Assembly (NCBI GenBank): GCA_003485765.1
Contig: DNHS01000051.1
Coordinates: 2,314-66,313, forward strand
From: Candidatus Omnitrophota bacterium
Lineage (GTDB): Bacteria > Omnitrophota > Gorgyraeia > Gorgyraeales > Gorgyraeaceae
Length of the DNA: 64,000 nt
Direction: 5' to 3'
A model generated the notes under the pieces. That model was not told where the DNA came from, ran no database searches, and was given only the letters and a program-made list of their open reading frames with translations. Each line of letters starts with the position of its first letter. Position 1 is the stretch's first letter. This document shows positions 49,405-59,874 of the stretch, piece after piece. The position numbers and the translations under genes were made by a program.

Positions 49405-50207
49405 AGCTTCTCCTTTATATAATCCACGCCATTTTTAAAAATCATAAAGCCGTCGCCGCGCTCTTTTAAGCCTTCGCGGGTCCATCTGGGATGCTGCGTG
49501 CCAAGGACATGCCTTTCAGGATGTGGCATCATGCCCAGGACCCTGCCTGTTGTATCGCATATTCCTGCAATATCATCTATTGAGCCATTGGGGTTATCAA
49601 CATACTTGAAAACGATTTGTCTATTTTTTCTTAACTGATTTAAAACATCATTATCTCTTGGTATAAATTTTCCTTCTCCATGCGCAATCGGAAGATATAT
49701 AGTTTCTGGAAGATTTTTTGCCCAAACACATTTATTAACTCGCCCCTCGACTTCGCTCGGGACTCGTAATAATGTCCATTTATCGATGAAACTCCCGGAA
49801 TCATTAAAACTAAGAGTTGATTCTATTGTCCCGCTGTTTATACCGGGTAAAATCCCTGCTTTTACAAGCGCCTGAAAACCATTGCATATCCCTATCACAA
49901 GCTTTCCGCTATTTATAAAATTTTTAAGGTCTGCGTTGAGTTTATATTTAATTTCATTTGCAAGGATCTTGCCTGATGCAATATCGTCCCCGTATGTAAA
50001 CCCCCCAGGAATGGCTAGTATCTGAAAATTCTTTAAAAATTTTTCATCCCTTGCCAATTCATTTATATGCACAAGTTCCGAGTCAGCGCCTGCCATTTTA
50101 AACGCAGCATGGGTTTCATTATCGCAATTTGTTCCTGCGGTCCTTAAAACTATAACCTTTGGTTTTTTCATAAGATGTATAGTTACCAGCGCAGCGGCTT
50201 CTGCCAC
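49401..50207 (-). CDS. purQ: Phosphoribosylformylglycinamidine synthase, glutamine amidotransferase subunit.
   Basis: KVIVLRTAGTNCDNETHAAF...AIPGGFTYGDD...GICNGFQAL carries the triad cysteine. The start is probably MKKPK. Confidence 0.9.
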   Translation of the reverse strand: MAEAAALVTIHLMKKPKVIVLRTAGTNCDNETHAAFKMAGADSELVHINELARDEKFLKNFQILAIPGGFTYGDDIASGKILANEIKYKLNADLKNFINSGKLVIGICNGFQALVKAGILPGINSGTIESTLSFNDSGSFIDKWTLLRVPSEVEGRVNKCVWAKNLPETIYLPIAHGEGKFIPRDNDVLNQLRKNRQIVFKYVDNPNGSIDDIAGICDTTGRVLGMMPHPERHVLGTQHPRWTREGLKERGDGFMIFKNGVDYIKEKL

Positions 50208-53086
50208 GCTTCTTTTAATTTATCCAAGCTTGTATCCACTATTTTCTTGCCGCTAAGCCCATAAATCTTTAAATCTTTTTTGCCCGAAACTTGGCCTATT
50301 AATCCAATGGAAATACCTTTCATTAAATTCTCAAATTTATTTTTATCTTGTTTTTTAACTTCAGCAATAAATCTTGTATTTGATTCTGAAAATAATATTA
50401 TGCTGTCTCTTTTCGCTTTTGAACTTTTAGCTTCATAAGGCGCTTCTTTAAGCTCTGCCTCTATGCCAAATCCTCCGCTGAAAGCCATCTCAGCCAATGC
50501 GCAAGCTATGCCGCCCTCTGATAAGTCATGGCAAGCCCTTAATAACCCTAGCCTGGTTGCCTCGCTTATTCTATTAAAAATCTTTAGGCCTTTTTTAGCA
50601 TCCACTGTAGGCGCATTATTGCCCACGCAATTATTTATAAGATTATAATGAGAGCCTCCCATTTCATCCTTTGTCTCGCCTATAATGTATAAAAGATTAC
50701 CTTTTTCTTTCAGATCCATTGTAATAGCCTTTGTTACATCATCCATTACTGATATTGCTGAAATTAAAAGCGTACATGGTATCGCAATAGATTCGCCGTG
50801 CACAGAATATTCATTATTAAGGCTGTCCTTGCCGGAAATAAATGGGACGCCGTATGTCTTTGCAATATCATAACAGCCGAAACTCGCCCTTACTAAACTC
50901 CCAAGCCTGTCAGGCTTATCAGTATTGCCCCAGCAAAAATTATCTAAAAGCGCGGTCCTATTTAAAGACCCGCCCACTGCTATCACCTGGCGAAGCGCTT
51001 CATCTATCGAGGAAGCAGCCATCCAGTATGGGTCTATAAATCCGAACCTGGGATTTATCCCGTTTGAGATTATAATACCTTTCTTAGAATTAAACTTTGG
51101 CCTTATGATACTGGCGTCTCCCGGCCCGTCATTTTCTATGCCCACCAAAGGTTTCAAAACACTTTGGCCCTGCACCTCATGGTCATACTGCCTTATGACC
51201 CATTCCTTGCTGCAGACATTCCAGCTTGAAAGAATCTTTAATAAATCCTGAGTGAAATCTTTTTTGTCTTTTGCATCACATTCTCTGTGGCTAGGCTTTG
51301 ACCACACTGCTTTTCGTTCAAACCTCGGAATTCCACCATGCAAAAATTCCATATCCATGTCGCATACCACATTCCCGTTATATCTTAATTTAAGCCTTTT
51401 ATTTGAAGTAAAACATCCTATCACAACTGCTTCGACATCCTCTTTCTTGAAAATATCCATCAATTCTTTCAAATTTTCCCTGGGAACAGAAAGAACCATT
51501 CTTTCCTGAGCTTCTGATATCCATATCTCTGTATAACTTAGGCCCTGATATTTTAAAGGCGCTTTTTCCAAATCAACTTCTGCGCCAAGGTCCTCGCCCA
51601 TCTCTCCTACAGCGCTTGAAAAACCTCCTGCCCCGCAGTCAGTTACAGCTGTGTATAAATTTTTGTCGCGGCCTTTTAGAAGAGTATCTGTAAGCTTTTT
51701 TTCCGTAATCGGGTTTCCTATCTGAACTGCGCCGCCTGATACAGTCTCAGACTCATGAGTAAGCTCTCCTGAAGAAAATGTAGCGCCGTGAATCCCATCC
51801 CTTCCTGTGCGGCCGCCTACAGCCACAATCAAATCTCCGCATTTCGCGGCTTTAAATGATTTATCCTTGGGCATTATGCCCACTGTGCCGCAATACACTA
51901 AAGGGTTTCCGATATAACGTTCGTCAAAAAGCACAGCGCCATTTGCAGTAGGTATGCCCATGCGGTTGCCATAATCTCTTACTCCGCTTACAACGCCTTT
52001 CATTATGCGCTTTGGATGCAGCATGCCCTTAGGCACATTTTTATGCGGCGTATCAGGCAGGCCGAAACAAAATACATCTGTGTTCATAATAGGCTTTGCG
52101 CCTAATCCTACTCCCAATATATCCCTTATAACGCCTCCTATGCCTGTCCCGGCTCCTCCGTAAGGTTCAAGCGCAGAAGGATGGTTATGCGTTTCCACCT
52201 TAAAACAGATATTGTCGTCCTCGTCAAATCTAATAACCCCTGCATTATCCTTAAACACTGACACACACCATGGTTTTTTCAGTTCACTCGTAACTTTCAT
52301 TATTGTGTTTTTAAGCAGGTTGTCGATTATCTTTCTCTTCCCATCTTCCTCATATTCTATAACTCCGCGGAATGTCTTATGGCCGCAATGTTCTGACCAT
52401 GTCTGGGCAATTGTTTCAAGCTCGCAATCAGTAGGATTCCTGCCTAATTTTTTAAAATGGTTTTTTATCTGGGTCATTTCCTTTAGATTTAAAAACAACT
52501 GGCCGTCCTTGCTAATCTTTGTCAATCTCTTGTCATCTGCGCCAAGCAGGTTTACTGTTACCAATTTAAATTTATACCCATTACTACGCTCTATGCGCTT
52601 TGCGCTATGCTCTTTTACCACATGCTGTATAACTTTATTATAGAGCAGCTTTTCGCATATATTCCTGAAATCATTTTCTGTGATCTTCCCTTCTATAAAA
52701 TATTTTTTTTCTGTCCTGAGAGATTTTACTCCATAAATCCCCATATCTTTTATTGCTTTTCTCGCGCTTTCTTCTACAGGATCCATCACGCCTGGATTAT
52801 ACGCAATCTCCACAACCCTTCCCTTTGCCCTCTGCCCCGCCAGGCCCTCTGCCCATAATAAGTATTCTTCAGTTATAGAGTCTACCAGCAATTCCCCGGC
52901 TATCCTCTTAATATCAGATTCAGTGATGTCTCCGGAAATAATAAAGACCTGGCTAACATTAACTTTCTTCACGCCGCTAATGCCCAGATCTGATATATCT
53001 TTTTTAACCCCGTTTCCTAAAGGGTCAAAAACACCTTTTCTATTCTTTATCTCTATCTTCCATTCCATGCTATTCATCCTCAACAA
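50183..53086 (-). CDS. purL: Fused PurS-PurS-PurL (FGAM synthase II with two N-terminal PurS-like modules). The real start is probably MNSMEW or MEWK, a few codons in.
   Basis: The two PurS-like segments are IEIKNRKGVFDPLGNGV... and VEIAYNPGVMDPVEESARKAI.... The PurL core then follows, including HNHPSALEPYGGAGTGIGGVIRD. The ORF-track start is a TTG inside a palindromic element. Confidence 0.9.
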   Translation of the reverse strand: MLRMNSMEWKIEIKNRKGVFDPLGNGVKKDISDLGISGVKKVNVSQVFIISGDITESDIKRIAGELLVDSITEEYLLWAEGLAGQRAKGRVVEIAYNPGVMDPVEESARKAIKDMGIYGVKSLRTEKKYFIEGKITENDFRNICEKLLYNKVIQHVVKEHSAKRIERSNGYKFKLVTVNLLGADDKRLTKISKDGQLFLNLKEMTQIKNHFKKLGRNPTDCELETIAQTWSEHCGHKTFRGVIEYEEDGKRKIIDNLLKNTIMKVTSELKKPWCVSVFKDNAGVIRFDEDDNICFKVETHNHPSALEPYGGAGTGIGGVIRDILGVGLGAKPIMNTDVFCFGLPDTPHKNVPKGMLHPKRIMKGVVSGVRDYGNRMGIPTANGAVLFDERYIGNPLVYCGTVGIMPKDKSFKAAKCGDLIVAVGGRTGRDGIHGATFSSGELTHESETVSGGAVQIGNPITEKKLTDTLLKGRDKNLYTAVTDCGAGGFSSAVGEMGEDLGAEVDLEKAPLKYQGLSYTEIWISEAQERMVLSVPRENLKELMDIFKKEDVEAVVIGCFTSNKRLKLRYNGNVVCDMDMEFLHGGIPRFERKAVWSKPSHRECDAKDKKDFTQDLLKILSSWNVCSKEWVIRQYDHEVQGQSVLKPLVGIENDGPGDASIIRPKFNSKKGIIISNGINPRFGFIDPYWMAASSIDEALRQVIAVGGSLNRTALLDNFCWGNTDKPDRLGSLVRASFGCYDIAKTYGVPFISGKDSLNNEYSVHGESIAIPCTLLISAISVMDDVTKAITMDLKEKGNLLYIIGETKDEMGGSHYNLINNCVGNNAPTVDAKKGLKIFNRISEATRLGLLRACHDLSEGGIACALAEMAFSGGFGIEAELKEAPYEAKSSKAKRDSIILFSESNTRFIAEVKKQDKNKFENLMKGISIGLIGQVSGKKDLKIYGLSGKKIVDTSLDKLKEAWQKPLRW

Positions 53087-53123
53087 CTTGACATTTTAAC
53101 AATGTTAGAGTGTCAAGTTGTTT
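53082..53123. repeat. Copy 4 of the palindromic element (AACAACTTGACATTTTAACAATGTTAGAGTGTCAAGTTGTTT).
   Basis: It lies directly upstream of, and overlaps, the purSL start region. It sits between purC and purSL. Confidence 0.7.
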
Positions 53124-53135
53124 GAAATCGCAAAA

Positions 53136-53882
53136 CTATGTCTTTATTCTTTTAAGAACTTCCTGGTAGGCTTCCTCAATCTTTCCTAAATCCCGTCTGA
53201 AACGGTCCTTGTCCAGCTTCTCATTTGTAACCTTATCCCACAACCTGCATGTATCTGGGGAGATTTCGTCTCCGAGCAATATTTTTCCTTTATGCCTGCC
53301 GAATTCCAGCTTGAAATCAACTAGTTTCAAACTGACCTTGTCAAAAAAATCCTTCATGATCTGGTTCACGCTGAACGAATAATCCTTTATCTTCTTCATT
53401 TCCTGAGGAGTTGCAAGTTTAAGGATATCTATGTGATAATCGTTTATCAACGGGTCATGAAGGCTGTCATCTTTATAATGATATTCCAGGACAGGCGTTT
53501 TCAAAACAATGCCTTCTTCTATCCCGAGCATTTTTGACAGCCCGCCCGCTGATATATTTCTTATAGTTACTTCTACCATGATTATCTTTAATCTCTTAAC
53601 AAGCATATCCCTGTCGCTTAATTTTTTTACAAAATGCGTCGGGATGCCTTTTGATTCCAGAAGTTGAAAAATAGCCGAAGATATCTCGTTATTTATAACC
53701 CCTTTCCCCTTTATAGTGCCTCTCTTTGTGGCGTCAAAAGCAGTTGCATCGTCTTTAAACTCCTGTATCACTAAATCAGGGTTATCTGTATCGTATAAAA
53801 TCTTTGCTTTTCCCTCGTATATCTTATTCCCTTTTTCCATAACCTTCCTTCCCTCTCTAAATATAAGTTGACACTGTAACAA
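53136..53882 (-). CDS. purC: SAICAR synthetase. The real start is probably MEKGNK at about 53840.
   Basis: [29 protein letters not shown] matches the purC N-terminus. Confidence 0.9.
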   Translation of the reverse strand: MLQCQLIFREGRKVMEKGNKIYEGKAKILYDTDNPDLVIQEFKDDATAFDATKRGTIKGKGVINNEISSAIFQLLESKGIPTHFVKKLSDRDMLVKRLKIIMVEVTIRNISAGGLSKMLGIEEGIVLKTPVLEYHYKDDSLHDPLINDYHIDILKLATPQEMKKIKDYSFSVNQIMKDFFDKVSLKLVDFKLEFGRHKGKILLGDEISPDTCRLWDKVTNEKLDKDRFRRDLGKIEEAYQEVLKRIKT

Positions 53883-53900
53883 TGTCAGAGTGTCAACTTA
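53864..53900. repeat. Copy 5 of the palindromic element (TAAGTTGACACTGTAACAATGTCAGAGTGTCAACTTA).
   Basis: It lies about 25 nt upstream of the likely purC ATG and just downstream of the purB stop. Confidence 0.7.
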
Positions 53901-53901
53901 T

Positions 53902-55233
53902 TTAGATGCCGACTTTTTTGAAAATAGTATTTACGTGTTTTGTATAATATGCAACTTCAAAGAAACTACTCATTTCCTTGGGTTTCACAAATTTCATAAA
54001 ATCGCTGTCATCCCGTAACGCATCTTTGAAATTAATATCTTTTTCCCAGACTTTCATGGCGCATCTTTGAATAATATTATACGCCTTTCTGCGCTCAAGG
54101 CCTTTTTTCTCAAGCTCTACCAGAATCCTTGCAGAAAATACAAGGCCTTTTGTTTTACTGAGATTATTCACCATGTTTTCTGGATACACTAAAAGCCCTC
54201 TTATAATCTCTATCATCTGGTTCAACATATAGTCCAGTAATATTGCGCTGTCAGGAATAATAATGCGCTCTGCTGAAGAATGGCTTATATCTCTTTCGTG
54301 CCACAGCGCAACATTTTCCATGGAGACAATTGCATTCGCCCGTAAAACCCTTGCAAGGCCTGTAATCCTTTCGCACATAACAGGATTTCTCTTGTGAGGC
54401 ATTGCGCTGGAACCTTTCTGGCCTTTTCCAAAAGGCTCTTCAACCTCTCTAACCTCTGTCTTCTGGAGATTTCTGAATTCCGTCGCTATTTTTTCAAGAG
54501 TAGCGCCCACAATAGCTATTTCTGACAAATATTCCGCATGCCTGTCTCTCTGGAGAATCTGCGTAGATATATTAGCAGGCTTAAGCCCTAATTTTTTGCA
54601 TACATAATTCTCAACATAAGGCTCTATATTTGAATATGTGCCTACAGGCCCGGAAATTTTGCCTACGGATATAATTTCCCTGGCTCTTTCAATCCTAACA
54701 ATGCTTCTATTTATCTCATCAAAAAATAACGCTAATTTTAGGCCAAATGTAGTTGGTTCAGCGTGCACGCCATGGCTTCTTCCGACCATAATAGTATAGG
54801 CGTATTTTTTAGCCTTTTTTCTCAGTTCTTCTTTTAATATCTTCAGGTCTTCCAGAATAATATCGGCTGATTCCTTCATCATTATAGATAAACCTGTATC
54901 CAAGACATCGCTTGAAGTAAGGCCCTGATGCACAAACCTTGAAGAATCTCCTATATATTCAGCTATATTGTGAAGAAACGCTATTACGTCATGGCGGGTT
55001 GTTTTTTCTATTTTTTCTATGCGTTTTACATCAAATTTTGCTTTGGATTTTATTTTTCTAAGCTCTTTTTTCGGTATTTTGCCTAGACTAGTTAGGGCTT
55101 CGCAGGCTAGAATTTCAACATCCAGCATCTTCTGGAATTTATTCTCATCAGACCATATAGCAGACATCTTAGGAAGCGAATATCTTGGTATCATAAGGAC
55201 TATAATATACCATATATAGATTATATGCGTCAA
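53902..55233 (-). CDS. purB: Adenylosuccinate lyase. The start is probably the internal MIPRYS.
   Basis: RYSLPKMSAIWSDENKFQ...TSSDVLDTGL...GSSAMPHKRNP matches the fumarate-lyase signature. Confidence 0.9.
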   Translation of the reverse strand: MTHIIYIWYIIVLMIPRYSLPKMSAIWSDENKFQKMLDVEILACEALTSLGKIPKKELRKIKSKAKFDVKRIEKIEKTTRHDVIAFLHNIAEYIGDSSRFVHQGLTSSDVLDTGLSIMMKESADIILEDLKILKEELRKKAKKYAYTIMVGRSHGVHAEPTTFGLKLALFFDEINRSIVRIERAREIISVGKISGPVGTYSNIEPYVENYVCKKLGLKPANISTQILQRDRHAEYLSEIAIVGATLEKIATEFRNLQKTEVREVEEPFGKGQKGSSAMPHKRNPVMCERITGLARVLRANAIVSMENVALWHERDISHSSAERIIIPDSAILLDYMLNQMIEIIRGLLVYPENMVNNLSKTKGLVFSARILVELEKKGLERRKAYNIIQRCAMKVWEKDINFKDALRDDSDFMKFVKPKEMSSFFEVAYYTKHVNTIFKKVGI

Positions 55234-55240
55234 TTAAAAA

Positions 55241-55270
55241 ACCCTCTCCCTTTTTAAGAGAGAGGGTAGG
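55241..55270 (-). terminator. Rho-independent terminator downstream of the 55287-56003 gene.
   Basis: On the minus strand a stem ACCCTCTC/GAGAGGGT is followed by a T6 run. Confidence 0.55.
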
Positions 55271-55286
55271 GTAAGGGTACTCTTCC

Positions 55287-56003
55287 CTATTTTTTCTTAG
55301 AAGAATAAAGTATAAGGACTAGTATAAAAACAGCTATCAAGAGAAGCAGTAGAGTAATACTTTGCATAAAGCGCATTGACAAGCGGCCTGATTTTTCTTT
55401 TATTATCACAGAGCCATCTAAATCAGAAACAGGGGAACCATTTTTTAATCTGAGATTACCCAGCGTATCCACCCATAAATAATATACTCTACCTTGGATA
55501 TCAGCCAGCACAATCTTGCTCGGCCCGGTTGTATCACCTTTTAAGATCAGGTCTTTTCTAAGAGTGAGTGATCCTGACATTACAGAATCTATGTCATTTC
55601 TTAATAACTGGCTTGAGTTTATCATATCAATGGATTTTGCATTCAAAGCATAAACAGAACTTGCAAGTTTTATGCGAGGTGTCATCTCTCCATCACTCGC
55701 AACCTCCATGCCAAACCACAAATCTTTATTAAAATCTATTTCCAGAGGTTTCACAGAACCCATGAGCACATTGAACAGGCCATTTTTAATATTAAGGATA
55801 TGCCCTTCTTCCCAGATAGACAGGCCGTCTTTTTCCATATCATAAAACCTGAATGTAACTAAAAAATTGCCTGTTAAGGGGTTGTCGTCTTTATCAGTAA
55901 GTCTCCCTTGATAGTTTATGACACGCGGAATAGCAGCATAGGTAAGAGCAGTTAAACATAAGATTCCGATTAGAATAAAGAGTGTTATGCGAAATTTTCT
56001 CAT
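55287..56003 (-). CDS. Hypothetical envelope protein with an N-terminal signal peptide and a C-terminal TM anchor plus KKK tail.
   Basis: The N-terminus is MRKFRITLFILIGILCLTALTYA. The C-terminus is ITLLLLLIAVFILVLILYSSKKK. The conserved-looking motif INYQGRLTD is of unknown function. Confidence 0.5.
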   Translation of the reverse strand: MRKFRITLFILIGILCLTALTYAAIPRVINYQGRLTDKDDNPLTGNFLVTFRFYDMEKDGLSIWEEGHILNIKNGLFNVLMGSVKPLEIDFNKDLWFGMEVASDGEMTPRIKLASSVYALNAKSIDMINSSQLLRNDIDSVMSGSLTLRKDLILKGDTTGPSKIVLADIQGRVYYLWVDTLGNLRLKNGSPVSDLDGSVIIKEKSGRLSMRFMQSITLLLLLIAVFILVLILYSSKKK

Positions 56004-56127
56004 TTACTGCCTCCTTTTTCAAGTGGTGCCGAGGAGAAGAGTCAATCTCTTCTCTCATATAAGTCATTATGTTATCATCGGTTTTAAACATTGTCAAGCC
56101 CCTCTTGGGACTTTAAGGGTACGATAA

Positions 56128-57240
56128 TTATTTGCCGTCTTTAATTTCCAAGGAAAATTTATCTTTGAATATCTTCTCCATGTAACTTTCTGATAGATGC
56201 TTATACTTTTCCATGGTCTTAGGATTCCTCCAGCCCCCTATCTTCTGTATCACATCTAAAGGAACCCCGAGTTGGCTACTTTGAGAAGCCCAGGTATGTC
56301 TTGTCTTATGTTGCATCTTCACGGGAACGCCTACAGACTCGCATATCTTCCTGAATTCTCTCCTGATGGAGTCCTGAGCAAGATAGTTACCAACTGAGTT
56401 AGTAAAGACCCACCTATCGTGTCCATGATGTAAGGCTTGTAATATACACATTAGCTCAGGTGCGATAGGAACATCTCTAATTTCCTTGTTCTTAACCCTG
56501 AAATAAAGGGTAGGGCTGACCTGCTTTGGTCTTATATAGATCCTGCCTCTGCTGAAATCTATATCATCCCATGTTAAAAATCTCAGCTCATTTCTTCTTA
56601 GTCCAGCATAGAATAAGGTAGCGAGAATAGCATGCCAGTTTATTGATTCACTAAGAGTCTTGGCTTTTTCAAGAATTAATTTTATCTCCTCTAAGCTATA
56701 AAAGAACTCGTCTGCGTCAGGCTCAGCAAAAGGCTTTACCTTCTTTTTGACTGGATTTTTTAATAAGAGGTCTCTCTCATCTATTAAATATTTAAACAAA
56801 CTACTTAGAGTGTCCCTTTCAAAATTAACTGTCCTAGGATGCCTCCCTTTTTCATCCAATCTATAACGCATGAATTCTGCGATGTGGTTGGACTGGATTT
56901 CGTCCAGATACTGCAAAGAAGGATATCTATCCTTTAAGAATTTCTTAAAATTATCCATGACAATGCGATACCTTATATAACTAACGGGACTTCCTAATTG
57001 TTTCTTCTTTGCCTCTAAGTAGGCCTCTATGCCTTGTTTAATCGTAACTCTATAAGAAGAGCAATTAGACTTTTTGCTTTTAAGCTGTCTAACGTAGTCG
57101 CCGTAATTAATGATAGCCTCTTCCCTTGTTTCACCAAGTTTAAGCCAGGACCTTGAGTTATCAGGATTAGTTACTCTAATTGCTAAATATTTTCCACGGC
57201 GTTTAGTTGGGAATTTTGGTATTCTTAATCGCTTTCTCAT
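56128..57240 (-). mobile_element. Tyrosine-type site-specific integrase (phage integrase family). It marks the left edge of the mobile/defence island.
   Basis: The C-terminal catalytic region is HKTRHTWASQ...IGGWRNPKTMEKYKH (R..H..R..Y). An N-terminal SAM-like region is present. Confidence 0.9.
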
Positions 57241-57428
57241 AATAGTTTAGTGTTTACTGAATTTACTAGATGCTCTGTGTTCCAGGCATCGAGATCCTGT
57301 TCCCTGAACCGAAGCAAGCCCCTTATCTTAAGATGAGGGATAAATTTTTTTGCTGTCCATTGATAGAGAGTCCAAAGCTTTATGCTGTATTTCTCGCATA
57401 CCTGCTCTGGAGTTAAAAGGGTGCTCAT
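57237..57428 (-). CDS. Excisionase/AlpA-like small HTH protein.
   Basis: LLTPEQVCEKYSIKLWTLYQWTAKKFIPHLKIRG has the AlpA/MerR-like excisionase pattern. It overlaps the integrase gene. Confidence 0.6.
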   Translation of the reverse strand: MSTLLTPEQVCEKYSIKLWTLYQWTAKKFIPHLKIRGLLRFREQDLDAWNTEHLVNSVNTKLL

Positions 57429-57649
57429 CGCTGTGCCCCTCCCTCTTCTAGAACATAGAACTCTTTGGGCTCCTTATTAAGCGCTATACCGAGCAAAACC
57501 AGAAAATGCCCGGATGGTGTAGATTTTCCGCTCTCCCACATTGACACCAACGGCCTGTCGACGTCAACTCTTGCAGCTAATTCTGCCATAGTGAGCCCTA
57601 ATTCTTTACGTCTAACTTTTAATCTTTCACCTTGCCATATTGCCTTCAT
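57425..57649 (-). CDS. XRE-family (Cro/CI-type) HTH regulator.
   Basis: LKVRRKELGLTMAELAARVDVDRPLVSMWESGKSTP matches the HTH_3 domain. Confidence 0.7.
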   Translation of the reverse strand: MKAIWQGERLKVRRKELGLTMAELAARVDVDRPLVSMWESGKSTPSGHFLVLLGIALNKEPKEFYVLEEGGAQR

Positions 57650-57891
57650 GATTACGCCTCCTTAATGTTATAGAATCGAACGTCTTGTTTAAGCCATTTC
57701 CAAAACTCAGAAGCAAAAGCATACAGTCTTTTACCCCCTTAAATATTATGCTCAATTTTCGGATAGACCTTTAATCAAAATTCAAAAAATATTTCTAATT
57801 TAACCTATTTATTTACAATGTCTTATAAAAGCAGACAAAAAAATATTTTTCGAGCTAATAACTAAATATCGCTTTAACTGTTGCTAAAAGT

Positions 57892-58374
57892 GTGCTATTA
57901 TACTCACTTATGGACAAGTGCTTACCTTGCCAAAAATGTCATAAACCAACTTCCTATATACGCCATGGGAAATTCGCTCTTAAAACTGGCAGACACGTGC
58001 AAAGAATTCGCTGTAAGAATTGTGGAAAGACATCCATTATTAGTTACTCGCCCTTTTTCTTTGACAGAATGCATACAGACCCAGAAAAATTTAACAAAGC
58101 TATGTCACTTTATAAAGAGGGTTACTCTATAAAAAGCATTGCCCTGCAACTTAAAATGCGACCAAATACGGTAATTGACTGGATTAAAAAAGTCAAACAG
58201 TATAAATACCTATATATAAGTTATCTAAAAAAATACCGTTCCTATAATTACCGTCAGGTTGCAGAATTCTTTAAAGATTTCAGCCGTCTTGCCAAAATAA
58301 AAAGAACAAAACAGCTTAAGCAATACAGGAAGAATCGGCCTGTGGAACCATCATCCTCCTTTGCACCCTCATAA
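57892..58374 (+). mobile_element. IS1-like InsA-type protein (zinc ribbon plus HTH); transposase N-terminal fragment.
   Basis: CLPCQKCHK...RHVQRIRCKNCGKTS is the zinc ribbon. The HTH is SLYKEGYSIKSIALQLKMRPNTVIDWIKK. No DDE domain follows. Confidence 0.45.
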
Positions 58375-59140
58375 ATAATCGCTTGCTCACTATCGACTCG
58401 TGCTTACCTCGACTTTTTATTTCGCCGAAAGTAGCCTCGCCATAATAAATCGTATTCCTTAATATATACTTCACAGACTCAATTTGAAAAGGCTTGCCTC
58501 GTCTTGTCAACATCCCACTCTTATTAAGATTTTCAGCGATTTTGGAGTAACTTAGTCCTTTAGCAGCCCAGCGAAATATCTTCTCCACGAATTCTGATTC
58601 CTTGGGGTTAATCTCCAACAGATCTCCTGTCTTCGAATACCCGAACGGTAAAGCACCACAGGCTTTCTTCCCATTCTCGGCAGATTCGATTCGCCCTTCG
58701 CGCAGACGAAAAACAATAAGTTCCTTTTCAAGTTGACTGAAGACATGGGTTATATTACGAAAGGCAACCTGCAGAGGGTCATTGGTATCAAGCTCGGGGT
58801 CTAACACAGAGCTAAGTTCTATATCATATTTCCTGAGTTGTGTCTCAATCCAAATAGCTGTAGTAATTTCACGAGCCAATCGGTCATGCCTAAAAACTAC
58901 TACCCTCTTAATCTTGCCTGTCTCACAATCCTTTAATAAACTGAGCAAAGCCGGTCTGTCTCTAACGGCTCCACTAACGCCTTTCTCCTCATAGAATCTT
59001 GCTAATTCAAATCCTTTCTCATTACAAAATTCAGTTATTCTCTTCTTTTGAATTGCAAGCCCTGCACCGTTTTCCACCTGATTCATACTACTGACTCTTA
59101 CATATCCAATAACAATACCTTCGGAATGCATAACAATCAC
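58316..59140 (-). mobile_element. Serine recombinase (resolvase/invertase N-terminal catalytic domain plus recombinase domain).
   Basis: The catalytic serine region is VIGYVRVSSMNQ. This is followed by GLAIQKKRITEFC...RVVVFRHDRLAR. Confidence 0.85.
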
Positions 59141-59348
59141 CTCCTAAACTATATAGATAACCATCGAGATTTTTGCTTGTCAAGAAAAAATGTATAAAAG
59201 TTTTAATCTTTTATGGGGTTTTACCGACGGAGAACAACTCTGAAATGATAAGCAGGGATTTACTAATTACTTATATCGATAGGATTTAGGCTAAAAAGGT
59301 AAAAGTTTTTTAGAGAAAACTTGAGGACTATTTTAAAAAATAGGTTAG

Positions 59349-59858
59349 TTACTTGGGGTTATCATAATGCTCACGAACTTCGTGCGCCCATTTCACAATA
59401 ACCTCATTCAATGCTTTCTTATTCTGCCTCGATAACTTACCCAGGGGCATTCGATGAATAAATAAGTCAGTAATACCTTTCTCAAAAATACCTCCTGAAA
59501 CATTATCTTCACAAAATACCAGAAGAGGCAATCTCAGAGCAAATAGTATACCAGCTTCTATTTGATTCCAAGGCGTAGGGAATGCTATAAGCTTATTCTG
59601 CTTCGATTGCGAACGTGTTCCCTTCTTCCACGTGCCTGTTTTGGTTTCAAATTGTGAAAAACCGAGAATAAGTCCTCCGGAACAGTGTTTGGCGAGAACG
59701 TGAACTTCATGTAAAGGACACTTAGTAGGATAGTCTGTTTGGCCTAAAGACCTCCATTCTAATTCTAAACGGTCTAATTGGCGAAAAATCATTTTCTTCG
59801 CTTCAAACTGGCGACTATTAATAAGCGTCGGACAAGAACCAAAAATAGGAATTCGCAT
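59349..59858 (-). CDS. Hypothetical protein, third gene of the TIR-SLATT cassette. It may be a nucleotide-sensing (SLOG-like) module.
   Basis: It is 169 aa, soluble and co-oriented with a 16-nt gap after the SLATT gene. The only weak similarity is GG-containing Rossmann-like segments (HCSGGLILGF, SGGIFEKG). Confidence 0.45.
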   Translation of the reverse strand: MRIPIFGSCPTLINSRQFEAKKMIFRQLDRLELEWRSLGQTDYPTKCPLHEVHVLAKHCSGGLILGFSQFETKTGTWKKGTRSQSKQNKLIAFPTPWNQIEAGILFALRLPLLVFCEDNVSGGIFEKGITDLFIHRMPLGKLSRQNKKALNEVIVKWAHEVREHYDNPK

Positions 59859-59874
59859 AGGTTACCCCGCTACT

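Noticed and set aside
55234-55286. A purine riboswitch could lie upstream of the pur operon.
   Set aside because: Only about 50 nt of intergenic sequence is available, and it is occupied by the terminator hairpin of the upstream gene. No conserved riboswitch core is visible.
55894-56097. A 67-aa minus-strand ORF overlaps the start of the 55287-56003 gene.
   Set aside because: It overlaps a better-supported gene and its product is cysteine/tyrosine-rich junk.
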